From Pelomyxa schiedti (Eukaryota > Protista > Evosea): a stretch of 64,000 bases of DNA. A program made the translations under genes and the position numbers. Below, in pieces: positions 1 to 13,400 of the stretch. The stretch covers positions 45,912 through 109,911 of the forward strand of contig JAHLWZ010000663.1 of NCBI GenBank assembly GCA_020536535.1. Direction: 5' to 3'. Below the pieces are notes generated by a model. That model was given only the letters and a program-made list of their open reading frames with translations. It ran no database searches and had not been told where the DNA came from. Positions within the stretch are counted from its first letter, which is position 1, and the number at the start of each line of letters is the position of its first letter.

Positions 1-397
1 TCCAATAGATATTCCCAGGCTAACGTAACAGGCCACAGATAATCAAGTACTATTCCGCATACACAAGTCCCCAGTGGTGATTGGCCGATCCGGAAAGGGT
101 GCAGACCCCGATTTCAACCTTGGGCAGCACACTGTATCCCGCTCTATCAGCCACGCACATGCATGGATTACCTTTTCCACCCCAAACACACAGTTCCGGA
201 TCAAAAACTCAGGCCGGAACGGCACCCTACTTCACAGAAGAGGCCCCGCTGGCACCACAGACACCTACGCACTCACTGACCCCCATAATGGTGCAGAAAT
301 GGACCTGCTCCCTGGTGATGTACTGGAAATAGGCCATTTCCGGTTTTACTTCATCCAACCCTATAACTACACTCCTCCCACAGTCTCCACTGGCTAA
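1..397 (+). CDS. 3' end of an FHA-domain protein (5' truncated by the window edge)
   Basis: VIGRS...SRSISHAHAWI...IKNSGRNGT carries the FHA GR / SxxH / NG motifs. Stop is at 395-397. Confidence 0.75.
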
Positions 398-1087
398 CAA
401 ACCAAAAACGAATCAATGCCAGAGGTTGGAACCAACCCGAAAAAGAGATCGGGGGGTAACTTTTTTTTTCCTCTTCACTTGAGAAACTGTGACGTTCTCA
501 AAGTGGCAACTTTGACTTTGGTCATTCGGAGATCAGAGATCAAAGGCTGAAAATAGTCTTCGTTCTTTCCGCAAGTATCGGAAAACCAAATGAAAACGAA
601 AAAAAAAAAACCAACAGTACCGTTGTCCCGTTTTGTGGCCACCGGATCTGCGATACGTTGTTTAGAAGACAACCAATATGTGTTCAGCCTTAAGTGTACA
701 CAGCCAAGACTACGGCACCTCAAGATCTACGGATCCTCTTGTGCGGGAACAGCCGTGGGACTTTTTAGCGCGCCAGCAACTTCAGGTCCTGGTAGATCAG
801 GGTGTAAAAACCACACACTCTTTTGAAACTATGGGTGACGTAAAGGCTGACTCTATGTGGCCTGGAATTTCCTTGGGGAACCAACCCGATTTTTACCGGT
901 TAGTTTTTTGTTTTATTATTTCCCTCTCTTTGTCGTCTATGTCTTGACTGTTTTTTTCCCCTCCTTTTTATTAGAGACAGCTCCTTGGATGCCTTATCGC
1001 CATTTTTTTCCGAGTACTCTTTTGCAGGTGACAATTCTTTTTTTCACCTTTAAAAAATACCTGCCTTATCTCTTAAAAGCCAGCAAT

Positions 1088-4000
1088 ATGGTAACGGAAA
1101 CGGGAACACAACCACAGACATCTCCAAGCAGAACGCCTCAGGGTTCTAATACATCTTCTCCTACTACCAGTGTGGGCAGTGAGGGTCAGCAATATGTAAA
1201 TACTGCCTCACTAGCTCCACTGGGCGAACAAAATTCACAGTTACCACCCGCCTCACAAAGCCACACCGTTTCTACCCCCTTTGTACCTCAAGTGTCACCG
1301 TCTATTGTAGCTTTAGGCCTAAATCACACAATATCCCCACCTCCTCAACTGCCTATTCCAGATTTCCATCTTATTTCCTCACAGTCAAATGTATCACCAA
1401 GCAGCAACTCATCTGACAGTGACAGTTGTGGAACTTCAACAGAAAGCAGTTCTTCTCGCCCTGCGACCGCCAATAGCTCCAGACGGGGCAGCGCGGAAGA
1501 CAGTGACAACAGTGGGAGTAACAGTGATAATCCGAAGCCTGCCCACCCACCTAAGCTTGCCAGACATCGTGGTTCCAAACCCATTGTACTATCACTTCCA
1601 CCTATGAGTGCACGCAATAATACTCCTGCAACTCCCATGACTCCACTACACCTCAAGATCCCTCCATGCCTACAAATAGCCCCAACTCCAGTACCCCTAT
1701 CTACCCCGATCCCCCAAACCCCCAAGTGGAGCAACACGACTGAGGAATGTTCTTTAGGTAAAACTTCCTTCAAAGTTAAAAAAACTGATTCTTTGTTCAG
1801 CTGGCACACATCGAAAACACCCAAGCACGGAAAACTTGACAGAAAACACACAATTGCGGACCACAAGCATAAGTGAATATTCAAGTAATAGAAATATACT
1901 CTGGCACAATATGAAAGTGGAGGAGGTGGTTATTTTGGACTCAGAGTTTTCTCCCATGTACGTCTGCTTAGCAAACGCACACGTTTACTCATTTCTGTAG
2001 AACTTGTACCCTCGAAATCGAGGCTTCTGGGTACCAATATAGCAACGAAGTGAATGCGTTCATTCACTACAGACGTAATCAACTGAGGGTCTGTTGTACT
2101 TTTTCTAGTCCAACTGTACCAAAGTTTGTTACCATATTCCGTATAACTCCCATTTGAATTGCTTGCCTCTAGGTTTGTTTCTTACCGTGGAAGCACCCAA
2201 AGTATAGATTCATTTTCATATAAAATTGTTGCTATTGTGTCTGATTCATCTCCCACGAAAAATGTAGTGGAAGTTTTTTGTCCCTGTTTAACAAAAACCT
2301 AGGTTGATTTGTACTACACAACCACAACACGTGATAAAAGACAAAAGTGCCTTACAACTTTTCCCTGTTATCATACACAAAAGGTTGTCTTTTCCAAGTT
2401 ATCCCACAAACACTGATGAAAACAAGTGTAAACTCCCGAAAATATACTTTTCGAAGGCAACAGCCCATAACTCTAGTAGCAATAAAGTATTCTTAGCTCT
2501 GTTGACCGAACTATCTTAACATATGACAGGACAAACAGGAATACTTTCAACTAGTCATTACTTTGATTGCCAATACCACAGGAGGCTTCACTCCAGCACT
2601 CGCCTCATACATGTCCGACCCCATCATTGTCAGAGGCAACCACCCTGGGAAATACTTCCATTCTCGGACACCCCACGGTGCTTCTCTTGCATCCACGGTT
2701 TGTGTCACTTCTTGCGACACTGTGTCCGATCGCAGCTCTACATGCACACCCTCGACAGGTGATGAGAATTCTCAGAATGCCTCGGTCTCACCAATAGTGC
2801 ATGGATGCCCCCAACACAACAACAAAGCAATTCTGGTCTATATCTCATCTCAGTTGAAGTCTGCTAACATCGTCGCAGGTTGATGTTCTTGGTGATACTA
2901 ACCTAGAAGTAATGAAATATCCTGGTATTTTTTCCACAACGTGTGCCTTCTTTAATATTCTCTTCAAGAAAAGTCCAACCCCCGACAAGGAAGCAGACAA
3001 CCTTCTTCCTTGCAGGGAACTCAACAATCAGTGTGCTCCCAACAACCCGTTCTTAAATCTGAATCTCAAGATCTGCCATCTTCTCTACATAAATTACCCC
3101 CAGCACAACCTCAGCTGAACATTCCGCAACAAGCTGACCAAGTCCTGCCTTACCAGTCATCCCAGTCTCAACCACAACCACAACCACAACCGCAACCACA
3201 ACCACAGCCACAGCCACAGCCACAACCTCAATCTCAATCTCAGTCTCAACCGCAGTCGCAAGCACTGCCACAACCACCTAGTATTCAACAGCAACTCGAA
3301 GAGATTCAAATACAGTTACAACTGCAACGCCAGCTTCAGCAATTGGAACAGTTACAACAATTCCAACTCGAGATGACAAAACAAACACAGAAATGCACCG
3401 AGAATCAGCTCAAGCAGGCACAACCTCAACCACAACCCCCTCTCATTCCCAAGTTGCCGTCTCCAACGCTACCTTATGAGCCGCCACCACAAGTACCAGG
3501 ACCCCAACAAATTCCAGCATCAGCGCCTCAGAGTACAGTCTTTGAGGGTAAAGTTGGTATCAACACCAACCAGCCGGCTGAGGCTTTATCTGTTATTGGA
3601 AACATTTCACTGACAGGCACAATATACCAACCCTCTGGTACTTTCCTGGTTTTTCCATTATCTACTCAACCATAGTAAGATGTGAGAGTAAAAGAACAAA
3701 TCACACCGCTGGATACAAGTGACCAATTGAAGAAAATTTCACAGCTAAAACTTTATGATTACAAAATGAAGGTGTGAAATTCAGCAGTATCCACCTTTTT
3801 TCAACCCTTTTTTCAGAAAGGAATTGCTACAGGCGACGAGCACCAGCACGGGATCCTAGCCCAAGAATTACGGGAAGTCTTCCCACATGCTGTTGTTGAT
3901 ACTTCTTATACTGTGGATTTGGAGTACGATACCCAGACCACTACGATGTGATAATCTTTCCTTTTACGAAAACAGGAACGGTGAGAAGGTCGACGGTCTC

Positions 4001-4381
4001 GTCATGGTAAACAAGGATGCCCTCCTAATGGAGACAGTGGGTGCGACAGTTGAAATTGCCAAACGAATTGAGGGACTGCAACTGCTGCCCCAGCCCGCCA
4101 GTGTCAACGGAGATAGCCTTGATGTAAGCACTAGCCAAACTTACAAAAGACCAAGACCCTCAAGGAAAAGAAGAGGTACCAACACAGCACACATATTTGA
4201 TTCTCACCTTCCCGCAGTGGCGATTATTTCCGCGCTGGTTGCGTTGATTATCCTCCTTGTAATAGCTGCGGCCCTTGTACTCTTCACTCTATTTCTCTCT
4301 GGGACAACAATAGCATCATCTGACGGGCAGGCTAGTCACCACCCCAACTCACACGCCAATTCGCATGCTTGGTTTGTATGA
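1088..4381 (+). CDS. mrfA: MYRF/MrfA-like membrane-tethered transcription factor (S/P-rich N-terminus, NDT80/PhoG DNA-binding domain, Q/P-rich linker, peptidase S74 autoprocessing domain, transmembrane helix); multi-exon
   Basis: NDT80-type SDPIIVRGNHPGKY. GKVGINTNQPAEALSVIGNISLTGTIYQPS/DVRVKE is joined over intron 3638-3679. Also GILAQELREVFPHAV, VNKDALLMETVGAT and a hydrophobic helix at about 4216-4300. The start codon is approximate. Confidence 0.85.
3165..3258 (+). repeat. Coding hexanucleotide repeat (CAACCA-like) encoding (QP)n/(QS)n
   Basis: Tandem caacca/cagcca/caatct units inside the MrfA linker. Confidence 0.8.
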
Positions 4382-4815
4382 TCCTCCTGGAGTCTGTGTG
4401 TTTTGTGTATGGAGTGGGGCGAGGTGTGTTGTATTTGTGGTACTGGTTGCTCGGTACCACTAATGGAAATATAAAAATCTGTCTTTGTTTTTAGCCAACC
4501 AGTTGGCTTTGTTTTTGTTTGCAAAAAAGAAGAGGGACCTACTTGTAATACTGTGGCTTGTGCTGGAAACTGTTGTAATCGAGATGCCTGAGATACATCA
4601 AGGTGTTGCAGGTTCTGTAACTGTGGCAGGTGCGTGGCGTTGGTAGGTGTAGTTACTGCAGGTGTAGGAGTGGTGGTTTCGCCGCAGGAGGGTGTTTCAG
4701 GTCCGCGCCACAAACAACGTGTTTCCACGAATTTGCAAGTGCAGCCAGTGTCCACAAACTTCAACTAAAACCAAACATTGGAACTAAATAATTTAATTAG
4801 CCAACATAACTAACA

Positions 4816-5654
4816 TGGCCGACGTGTCAGACCCCGCTCTCGTTGAGGCGTACAAGGACGTTCGCAACGACTCCACTCCCACAAATTGGTTACTTTTCTT
4901 TGGGGTTTTTTTTTTTCCCTGACTGGTGTCCGATGTAGGGTGTTGTGTGGGGCGAGGTGTGTTGTATTTGTGGTACTGGTTGCTCGGTACCACTAATGGA
5001 AATATAAAAATCTGTCTTTGTTTTTAGCCAACCAGTTGGCTTTGTTTTTGTTTGCAAAAAAGAAGAGNNNNNNNNNNNNNNNNNNNNNNNNNNNNNNNNN
5101 NNNNNNNNNNNNNNNNNNNNNNNNNNNNNNNNNNNNNNNNNNNNNNNNNNNNNNNNNNNNNNNNNNNTAGAGGACGAGGAGTCTGCAGTTGTAGTAGCGG
5201 CCGCGGTTGGAGTTGCTTCCGGAGTTGTTTCGGGGGTGCTGTTTGACACGGGAGTGGGCGTGACAGTTGGAGTAGAATTCACTGTGGCCTATTTGATAAC
5301 CCCGAAGGTATCCTAAACCCAAATCACATTTAGTGTAACTGGTGACGCAGAGAGCAAACGAGCCAAGTTCGTTTTCATCTCGTGGGTTGGTGAGCGCGTA
5401 TCAGCCATCAAGCGAGCCAAAGTCAGTGTACACAAACCAAGCCTCCAGACTGTTTTTGCCGTACGTATTCTTTTCTTGGCGTGGTTCTTATTTGGAACCC
5501 CTCCTTTTTTTTCTTTTTCTTACCTCTACCACCTTAGAACTTTGCTTTGGCCGTTCATGGTGCCGTAGTTGATGATCTGCTTGAGGACAAAATCCGTGCT
5601 GCTCTGATTAAGGCAGGCGGTGCCAACTACTCTGGAAACGTGATGGGCCATTAG
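4816..5654 (+). CDS. coaA: Coactosin (ADF-H domain actin-binding protein); middle exon replaced by a gap and chimeric sequence
   Basis: Exon 1 is MADVSDPALVEAYKDVRNDSTPTNW. Later exons are VTGDAESKRAKFVFISWVGERVSAIKRAKVSVHKPSLQTVF and NFALAVHGAVVDDLLEDKIRAALIKAGGANYSGNVMGH*. These closely resemble amoebozoan coactosin. Confidence 0.85.
4947..5324. repeat. Patchwork of local duplications flanking an assembly gap (N 5068-5167)
   Basis: 4947-5067 = 4414-4534 (direct). 5168-5287 = 6022-6141 (direct). 5284-5324 = reverse complement of 5826-5866. Confidence 0.9.
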
Positions 5655-5743
5655 ATCGTTCTCACATAGAGGCCACTTTGCCAAAAATCAAAAAAAAACA
5701 CAAAAAAAGAAAAAGAGCTTTGCTTCTGATTTTTATTTTTAAG

Positions 5744-7604
5744 CTAAGAAAACAAGGTGTCAACAAGGTCGTGATCCTTCTTTGGGGTCCCTCCAAAGAG
5801 CTCTAATGAGAGTGAATATAATGTTATTTGGGTTTAGGATACCTTCGGGGTTATCAAATAGGCCACTGGAAGCAGCCGTAACTGGAATTATTTAGTGTAC
5901 AAGCATGGGAAATGGGGAAGAGGGACTGTACCTTTTGGTGCTGTAGAAACTGGGGTTACAGTGGTTGGTTCCGTTGTAGTACTTTGTGAGGTGCTTGTTG
6001 TTGTTGAATCAGAAGTGGTACTAGAGGACGAGGAGTCTGCAGTTGTAGTAGCGGCCGCGGTTGGAGTTGCTTCCGGAGTTGTTTCGGGGGTGCTGTTTGA
6101 CACGGGAGTGGGCGTGACAGTTGGAGTAGAATTCACTGTGGGAGTAGGTGTCACTATTGGAGTAGGTGCCAGGACCAGGGTAGGGGTAATTATAGGGGTT
6201 GGTGCCATAGTTGTGGTTGTAGGAGTTGTTGGTGCAACGACGGTGGTTGTAGGCGGTGCAGTCACGGACTCTGATGGAAGGGCGTCTAGTGTGAAGATAG
6301 GTATAAGAAAAGTTTGAACTGCAGTGGCTCTACCTGAAGTTTTTCCTTCAAAAGGTGCGAACTCCAAAGGTGTTGGCCCAGTGGCAGTTGGGTTGCGGGT
6401 AGCTTCAATGAACTCCTGTAAGTCAGCTGACCAACTGAGATCGTTGACGACAGTATTCATTGTATCATTTGCCGCTGTGTGTTCTGGGGGAAAGTCCTGG
6501 CAAGAAAAAAGAACAAAACTAAGGCCCAAATTGAACAGGTACAGAAAAGTACCTTCTGCATGGCGAGGAATGTTTTTGCAGATTGTTCCATACAAGCAAA
6601 TTGATATTGGATAACCTTTTGGAGATCAGCAAGCACAACAGGCATCTCTTCCATGTACAGCTTTTTTTGAGCTTCATTGGAAGCTGTTATACTAGTCTAT
6701 ATTCTCGATAAGAAACCTAAAGAGTAGGAAAATGGTAACAACCTTGTAGGCCACCTCCATCTGCGATGCCTTTTCAATGCACTGAGATCGTTTTTGCAAG
6801 AACTTCGAATTTTCAGGTGAAGTATTAGAGTTGCAGTTGTTTACCTTTGGAAGACCTTGAACAAGTTTGGTCTTCTTAGGTTCAGGTGTAGCCTTAATTT
6901 CCGCCTCAGCCCTAAAATACTGGTCCTTTGCTACTTCAGAGTCTTTTGAGGCTTTGATATACACCTCGTGGGCCTGGGGGTATGAATTGCAAAAAAAAGA
7001 GTGTAAGGAGTTAACCTTGGTGACTGCCGCAACTGTATCCATGTAAATTTTTATTTTTCGAGTCCCGTCAGTAAATATCTGAAACAGAGAGGCTAAATTT
7101 TGCAGATAGAATTCAACTACTTTATACCCTCTTTTTGTCCAAGTCGCTTTGCTTAATGCAAGCCTCAATTGGCTTGACTATTTCATTGGTGATCCTAGCT
7201 GAGATATCTGTGTGTTTCAATGCAATCCTTTGACCACTATCAGAGACTGTGATAAGGGCTTCCCTCATAGTCCTATGGTGGAAGTTGAAATAAGCCTTTG
7301 ACAAAAAACAACAACAAAAAAAAAAAAAAACTAACTTTTCCATTTTCTCCACAGCAGGGGTTTTTCCACCAGGGTGTGTTTTACACAATTCCAGCAACTC
7401 TTTTCCATAGTCACGTTCCACACGAGCACGTTTGTTCCAGAAATCGAAGTACTCCTTCATAGTGCGCATGTTCAAGTCCACCTTGGCAACCGTCTTATCA
7501 AATCCATCCTTTTGTCGGTTGGATTTAAAATGTTTTTAAAATTCATTCAGCACACGACAACGCAAAAGTAAACCCACCCACAAAAGTTCCGCTATGGACG
7601 CCAT
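5744..7604 (-). CDS. FCH/F-BAR domain protein with a Thr/Pro-rich C-terminal tail; multi-exon
   Basis: MASIAELLW/DGFDKTVAKVDLNMRTMKEYFDFWNKRARVERDYGKELLELCK is a typical FCH N-terminus, followed by helical coiled-coil exons and a low-complexity T/P tail. Confidence 0.8.
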
Positions 7605-7802
7605 CCCTTGTTTTTGAAAGCTTTTCTTTTAGTTTTCGGGTTTAGTTTGACCGATAGGCAGACGCTGTTCAGTTTTTTCTCGTTCTCGGAGATGATTGAG
7701 ATCTCAGCGAAAACACGAATTTCTTTTTGAGAGGAAGGGCGCAGCAAGGCAGAATCGTTTTTTTCCCAATTAACATTTTATGGATGTAGGTAGGTAGGTG
7801 TA

Positions 7803-10066
7803 TCAGGATTTGTTGAGCATTTTGTCAATGCGGCCGTCTTGGTTTGTTATGCGCTCATTGGCTGACTCGGCACGCTTGGTTACACGTTCTATTTGGGTAA
7901 TTTGGTCGTCAATGGCTACGGTCTGTGGTGTAGCAGTCAGTGTCAAGATTGGAGAAAAGTAAAGCTATACCATGCCAGAGGCCATTCCATGGAGGTCCCC
8001 AAGCACGTCGTTGATTTGATCAAGGTCCCTATCTTGCTCAAGAAGTTGGGCTTGAAGGTGCGAAGGAGCCTTGGCAATGAGTGGGTCGACTCCCTGTGGT
8101 ACGTTTGATTTGGTTTGGTTTGTTTGGAAGTTCAGAATAATAAAAAAAAACCTTCGGGGCAGTGCCAATGGGAGTGTCAGACCCTGGCTTCTTCTTCCTA
8201 AAGGATAAACTCAGACTTGATTATTAGAAAACCTTCCTACCTCTGTAGTTTGCATGCTGCAAGAACAAACTGGTCTTTGTAATCAAAGCGGGGGGCATTA
8301 GGCTGGAAATCGACAGAAGCAGTGGGGGCGCGGACATGGAACTCACTTAATATCCACTGCATGTACCTGGGAAAGATGAGCATTAAGATAAACGATGGAA
8401 AACGGAATACGCTGTGCATATTTTGACGGGCTCTCCTTTTCCTTCTCTGAATCTGTAGTTGATACGAATGAGTAAAGAAATTTACAATGGAAAGGAGCCA
8501 CTTTATTTCCATGTGCTGAGGACGGCTGCAAACGACGATCTGTTGTAGAGAATCGTATGGGAAGACTTTCGAAGGAGGAGCAGAGGTTGCTGCTGTAGGC
8601 GTTGGTTTGGTGGTGGCCGAAGGTGAGGAGGGTGTAGTAGCAGTTACAGTGCCAACGATAATGGAGAAACCATCAGGAGTCAAGCGAAGAGTAGAGGGCA
8701 CAACTGCAACTGGTAAGACTGCACAAAGGGAAAAAAAAATACTTACAATCTCCCTTGTGCATTTTTTGTAGAAGATCAATTTCTTCAGTTACATCTCGTG
8801 CCTTGGCAACAATCTAGGAGAAATGAATACCTAGACAGAGGGAGGAGAAGTAACTCACAGTGTGATCTTTCTTGACCATTGGGCCAAGGTCCTTCGGGTC
8901 ATGTGAAAGTTTGTTCTTAATGTGACCAACAACAGACTCAGTTCCCCTGATGTGTCTCTGGCCATGGTCCAAGTCATTGTGAATAGATTCAACGTTGTAC
9001 TCTATCTGATCAAGCACCTCTAGTAGCCATCAAATAAGATAACTACGACAAAGGACTACCTCCTTGGGCAGAGAGCTCTGCCATTGTTTTGGCACTGATG
9101 TCCCGGCATTCCAATGCAGTTTTAAGTGCAGCCTTGGAGGCAGATGTATCGACCTAAGGCGGAAAAAAGACGTGAACACAGTCCAGAGGGGAAGGCATCA
9201 TACTTGAACATCAAGTAGCTGATCTTCCCCATCATCCCATGAAGCTGAGGATGTTGTTGTTGTGCTTGAGGTAGCAGGTGTTCTGTAAAACCAACCAATC
9301 AGAACTCGAAAATTTACTGAAAAACGCACTTCGCGGCAGTTCCGTCATCCCAGGATGCAGATGTACTCACTGCTGCCTACATTAATTTAGAAGGTATACC
9401 AATCCGCATGAAGGAAACCTTGGGGGTACTGTCTGCGGGCGGAGGTTTGGTATAAGTAACTGGGTTTTTCCACAGATGATTTACTAGAGCCCAGGCTTTA
9501 CTGAAGTTCATAAACGATCCAAAGGAGTACTGCGGATATTAAGAATGGAGGTTGATGAATAGAAAACCTTACAGCCATTTCTGCTGTCTGAACTACCATA
9601 GACTTAGTTACATGGTCTTCCAGAACTATGGACTTCACCTTTACGAATGGAATACTTTCCTTCAAGAAAGGATTAGGAAGGAAGGAAGTTATGATGGAGA
9701 AGTACGTGTGATGAGGTGAGTTTGCTTTTCCATAAAATATAATTCTGCGTAACGAACATAGTTCCCCTTGTATGATGAGAACTGATTTTGCAAACATAGT
9801 CTTGAAAGGTTTTTTTTTATGTTAGAAATCGAGCGTTATTTGTTTACAAACAAACAAAAAAACCTTGTATGACAGACTCTGTTGAAGGCCTGAAGGAAAA
9901 AAAGTTAGCTGTGCCAAAGAAATAGAAACAGTGATGCGTACAAGCTGAAAATTCCTCGGACCTCATCCGTGAGTGCCTTAAGCTCCGCCGACTTTTTATC
10001 CTTTGTTTTTTTTTTTAAGTTTGTGAACAAAACAAAGCAGAATAACATGGATCTCACCTTCGACAT
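7803..10066 (-). CDS. SNAP-25-family Qbc-SNARE with an N-terminal GRAM-like domain and a folded PH-like linker; multi-exon
   Basis: Qb motif TMAELSAQG/EVLDQIEYNVESIHNDLDHGQRHIRG. Qc motif QDRDLDQINDVLGDLHGMASGM/TVAIDDQITQIERVTKRAESANERI. The N-terminal IPFVKVKSI...YSFGSFMNFSKAWALVNHLW is GRAM-like. Confidence 0.75.
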
Positions 10067-10408
10067 GCTGCCGGTTGCGACGGGGTTTTTTTTAATTGTT
10101 TTGGGTTTGTTGGTTCTTTGTCTTGTTTTAATTCTGTCTTTTGATTTTTGTGAGAAGCACTTCCCCACTTCGACTTCTCCGAAATCCTTTTCATAGGGAA
10201 ATCGGCACGCCAGTGGCTTGGGCGATCTGTTGCGGATGGCCTCAGCCTCTCCCATCACACTCTATTCGACCAGATTCTCTTCTCTGAGCAGAGAGCGAGA
10301 GCTGTTATCTCCAATCTTGGGCAAGCCTTCGTTCCAAGGAGAGTTTGTTTTTCCGGAAACCCAAACTCTCAAGAGAACAGATACGAAGGACAGTTTATTG
10401 TGGGCGAG

Positions 10409-13400
10409 ATGAGTGTCAGTGGCAGAGACCGTGTGCTAGTTTGTGTTCGCGTGAGACCACAGTCCCGTACCGAGACGGTTTTCTTTTTTTTTTCTTTTTT
10501 TCCCCTGTTTTTCTTTTCATTTTGTATATTTCTTTTGCACTTTTCACTACGCAACTCTCTGGGGTTATTATGCGAGATTTGCGTGTTTTTTTCTTCTTTT
10601 GTTCACCTTGCCCTCTAAACAAAACAAGGTTAAAGGGCACAGGTCAGTCGTGGGTGTGAATACAGAGACAAATGAGATCATTCTTGATCAGATGTCTGCT
10701 CAAAAAAGATTTCCTTTTGACTACGTTGCTGGTCCTGATACATCTCAGGTACTTGTTCTTTTTAGTTTGTGGGTCTGGTTGATTTCTAATTGCGATGGTT
10801 ACTTTCCCCCCCTTTTCTTGCCATTGTTAGAGAGAAATATTTGAAGTCATGGGGAAGCCTTTGACCTCTCAGTGCTTTCAGGGTTATAATGGAACTTTGT
10901 TAGCCTACGGGCAAACTGGGAGTGGGAAAACCTTTACAATTTTAGGTTTGAGGAAGGAAGGGTTTCCTCACCTTATAAGTTTCTAGGCGGAGTCAATGAG
11001 CAGGGGGAGGAAAATTTTGAAGACCGAGGTATATGTCCAAGGGCTCTGCAACACTTGTTTGGCCTTCTTGAGTCACAACCATCAAACTCTGTACACTTTT
11101 CCTACATGACTGCTTTTTACTTGACTTTTTCCCTAGGATGGGAAACCAAACTTCTTATGTAAGTGCACAATGATCGAGATTTATAATGAAAATATCAAGG
11201 ACTTATTTGATCCCTCTTCTGGGCTACTGCGTATTTAAAATCGTGGTCTTTCGAGACAATAACTTATTAAGGACTAAGAGAAGACCAAAAACTGGGAGTA
11301 CATATCGAGGGTGTATCAGAGAAGGTGATCACAACCTGGGAGGAGGTACCACAGTGTTTGCCCAAAACACACTTATATCTTCAGGCATACATTTTTTTAA
11401 AAAAAGGAAGCCGGAGTAGAACTGTTGGTAGAACTGACATGAATGAGAACTCTAGTAGATCTCACTGTGTTTTTACTATTGATACAAAATTCCGAGTAAA
11501 CAATTTCTTCCTTCAAAAAAGTTATGAATGGATTTTCAGGTGATGAAAAATAATGTTGAATCCTGGCGTTACACCAAACTACACATTGTTGACCTTGCTG
11601 TGTGTAATGAACTAATTCACTTTTTCTGAAGTCACATAGGGATCTGAACGTCAAAAATCAACTGGTGCAACAGGAAGTCGACTTAGAGAGGCTTCTAGTA
11701 ATATCCCTGCTATAAACCACATTTTTTCACTGATATCCCTTCAGACATTAATAATTCCCTTTCTGTACTTGGGAGTGTGATTCGCACACTCTCAATGTCT
11801 GGGGCAAAACAGTTTATAAGATACAGAGACTCAAAACTCACGTTTCTGTTGAAGGTAAATGATTCCATGTTTTCTGTAGTGACAAATAAACTAGGATTCG
11901 CTAGGCGGAAACAGTAAAACATCTATTGTCGCAACAGTCTCTCCAATTGATGCATCCATGTGTATGCTTTATGATCCCCAGAATCGTTTTTAACTCTGCA
12001 TCACAAAGCCGAAACATTTTCTACTCTCACGTTTGCAACAAGAGCAAAGTCCATAAGGAATAAGGTCAAACACCCTCCTTTTTTTACCAAGTTAAATGCA
12101 ATTTCCCTAAAATAGGCCCTTTTGAATGAAGATGCCAGTGGAAGTGTTGCTGATCTTCAGGCTGAAATCAAGCGACTAAAGATGCAATTATGCCAACTTT
12201 CTCTTTCACCGCAATTTGCACCATCATCACCTGTTGACCCAGGTGTCTGTGAACTCAATAAAAAGCCTCCTTCGTTTTAATCCAACCTCAGACCAAATAA
12301 CAAGGTTGGAGACCACTATAGCCTCACAATTGGAAAGAGAGGCCGAACTTGTGGATCAATTGTCAAAACAAGATGAAATTTTGAAACAGCTCTTAGCTGT
12401 ACAGAATGCTACAGATTCTTCACTGGAGGTTCGCTGTTCACTATTAATTGCTATACCTACAGTTTCTTACTTTTTCTCATCCCTGCACATACTTTTAATT
12501 CAGCGGAGCAAGGCACTCATTAAAATAAAAGATGCCAGGATTGACTTATTGTCTTGTGGTGGTACAAGTGATACCAGCCTCACCGTAATGCAGTATGTCC
12601 CCGTCGAGTGAAACTGAGTAACTTAGACAAAATAAAGAAAAGAAATTTCCCTCCTGAAAGAAATGGCTGCCAATCCCCCAGAAGTTGCCTTTCTTCGTAC
12701 AGAAAATGAGAAACTTCAAGGTAGGAAAAAGAACAGATAGAAAATGTTTGATACCCTGGACAGCAAAACTTCAAGCCTTCTATGATCTGGAGGCAGGCTC
12801 CAGTAGAGAGGAGATGGAACATGGGTTGGATGACAATAATGTTAGTACCTCTGAATCCCGCGTTTCCCAACTTGAATCGGAACTACAAATACTGCAAGAA
12901 GAAAATTCCTCTCTCAATACAGCACTACAAACGATCATAGCTCAGAACATGGGAGATTCAGTGAGAAATGAGGGACCAGGCAAACCATCACTCGCCTCAA
13001 CTTCCACTGCAATGGAGGCTCTTAAAGAAAAATATGAGAAGGCACAGTGAAAACCATTAAAATGGAATCTAATAAAGTAGATGATAGAAGAGATACAATT
13101 CAGTGCCCAGAAGGAAATTGAAACACTGAAAGTTGAGCTGTCTGCAGAAAAAACCCACTCATCCAACTTGTCATGCCTACTAAACTGTAATTCATATACA
13201 CTTCTTGCCACTCTGATGACCCTTCTAAAATAGCAAGACAGGGTACGCAGAAGCCAGAGAAACACGCAAATACATCTCGTTCTAATACTTCATTAAATCT
13301 GGAAGAGTGCCTTGCGGAATTGGATTTCAGAGATGCAAAAATCCAGCAACTTGAGGTAGTCCTTTCTCATAACCTTGGGGCTAAGGGGGTTATCTATCTA

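Noticed and set aside
4947-5324. Duplicated or inverted segments as a transposon with terminal repeats
   Set aside because: There is no transposase, TIR pair or target-site duplication. The fragments are exact copies of adjacent unique sequence beside a gap.
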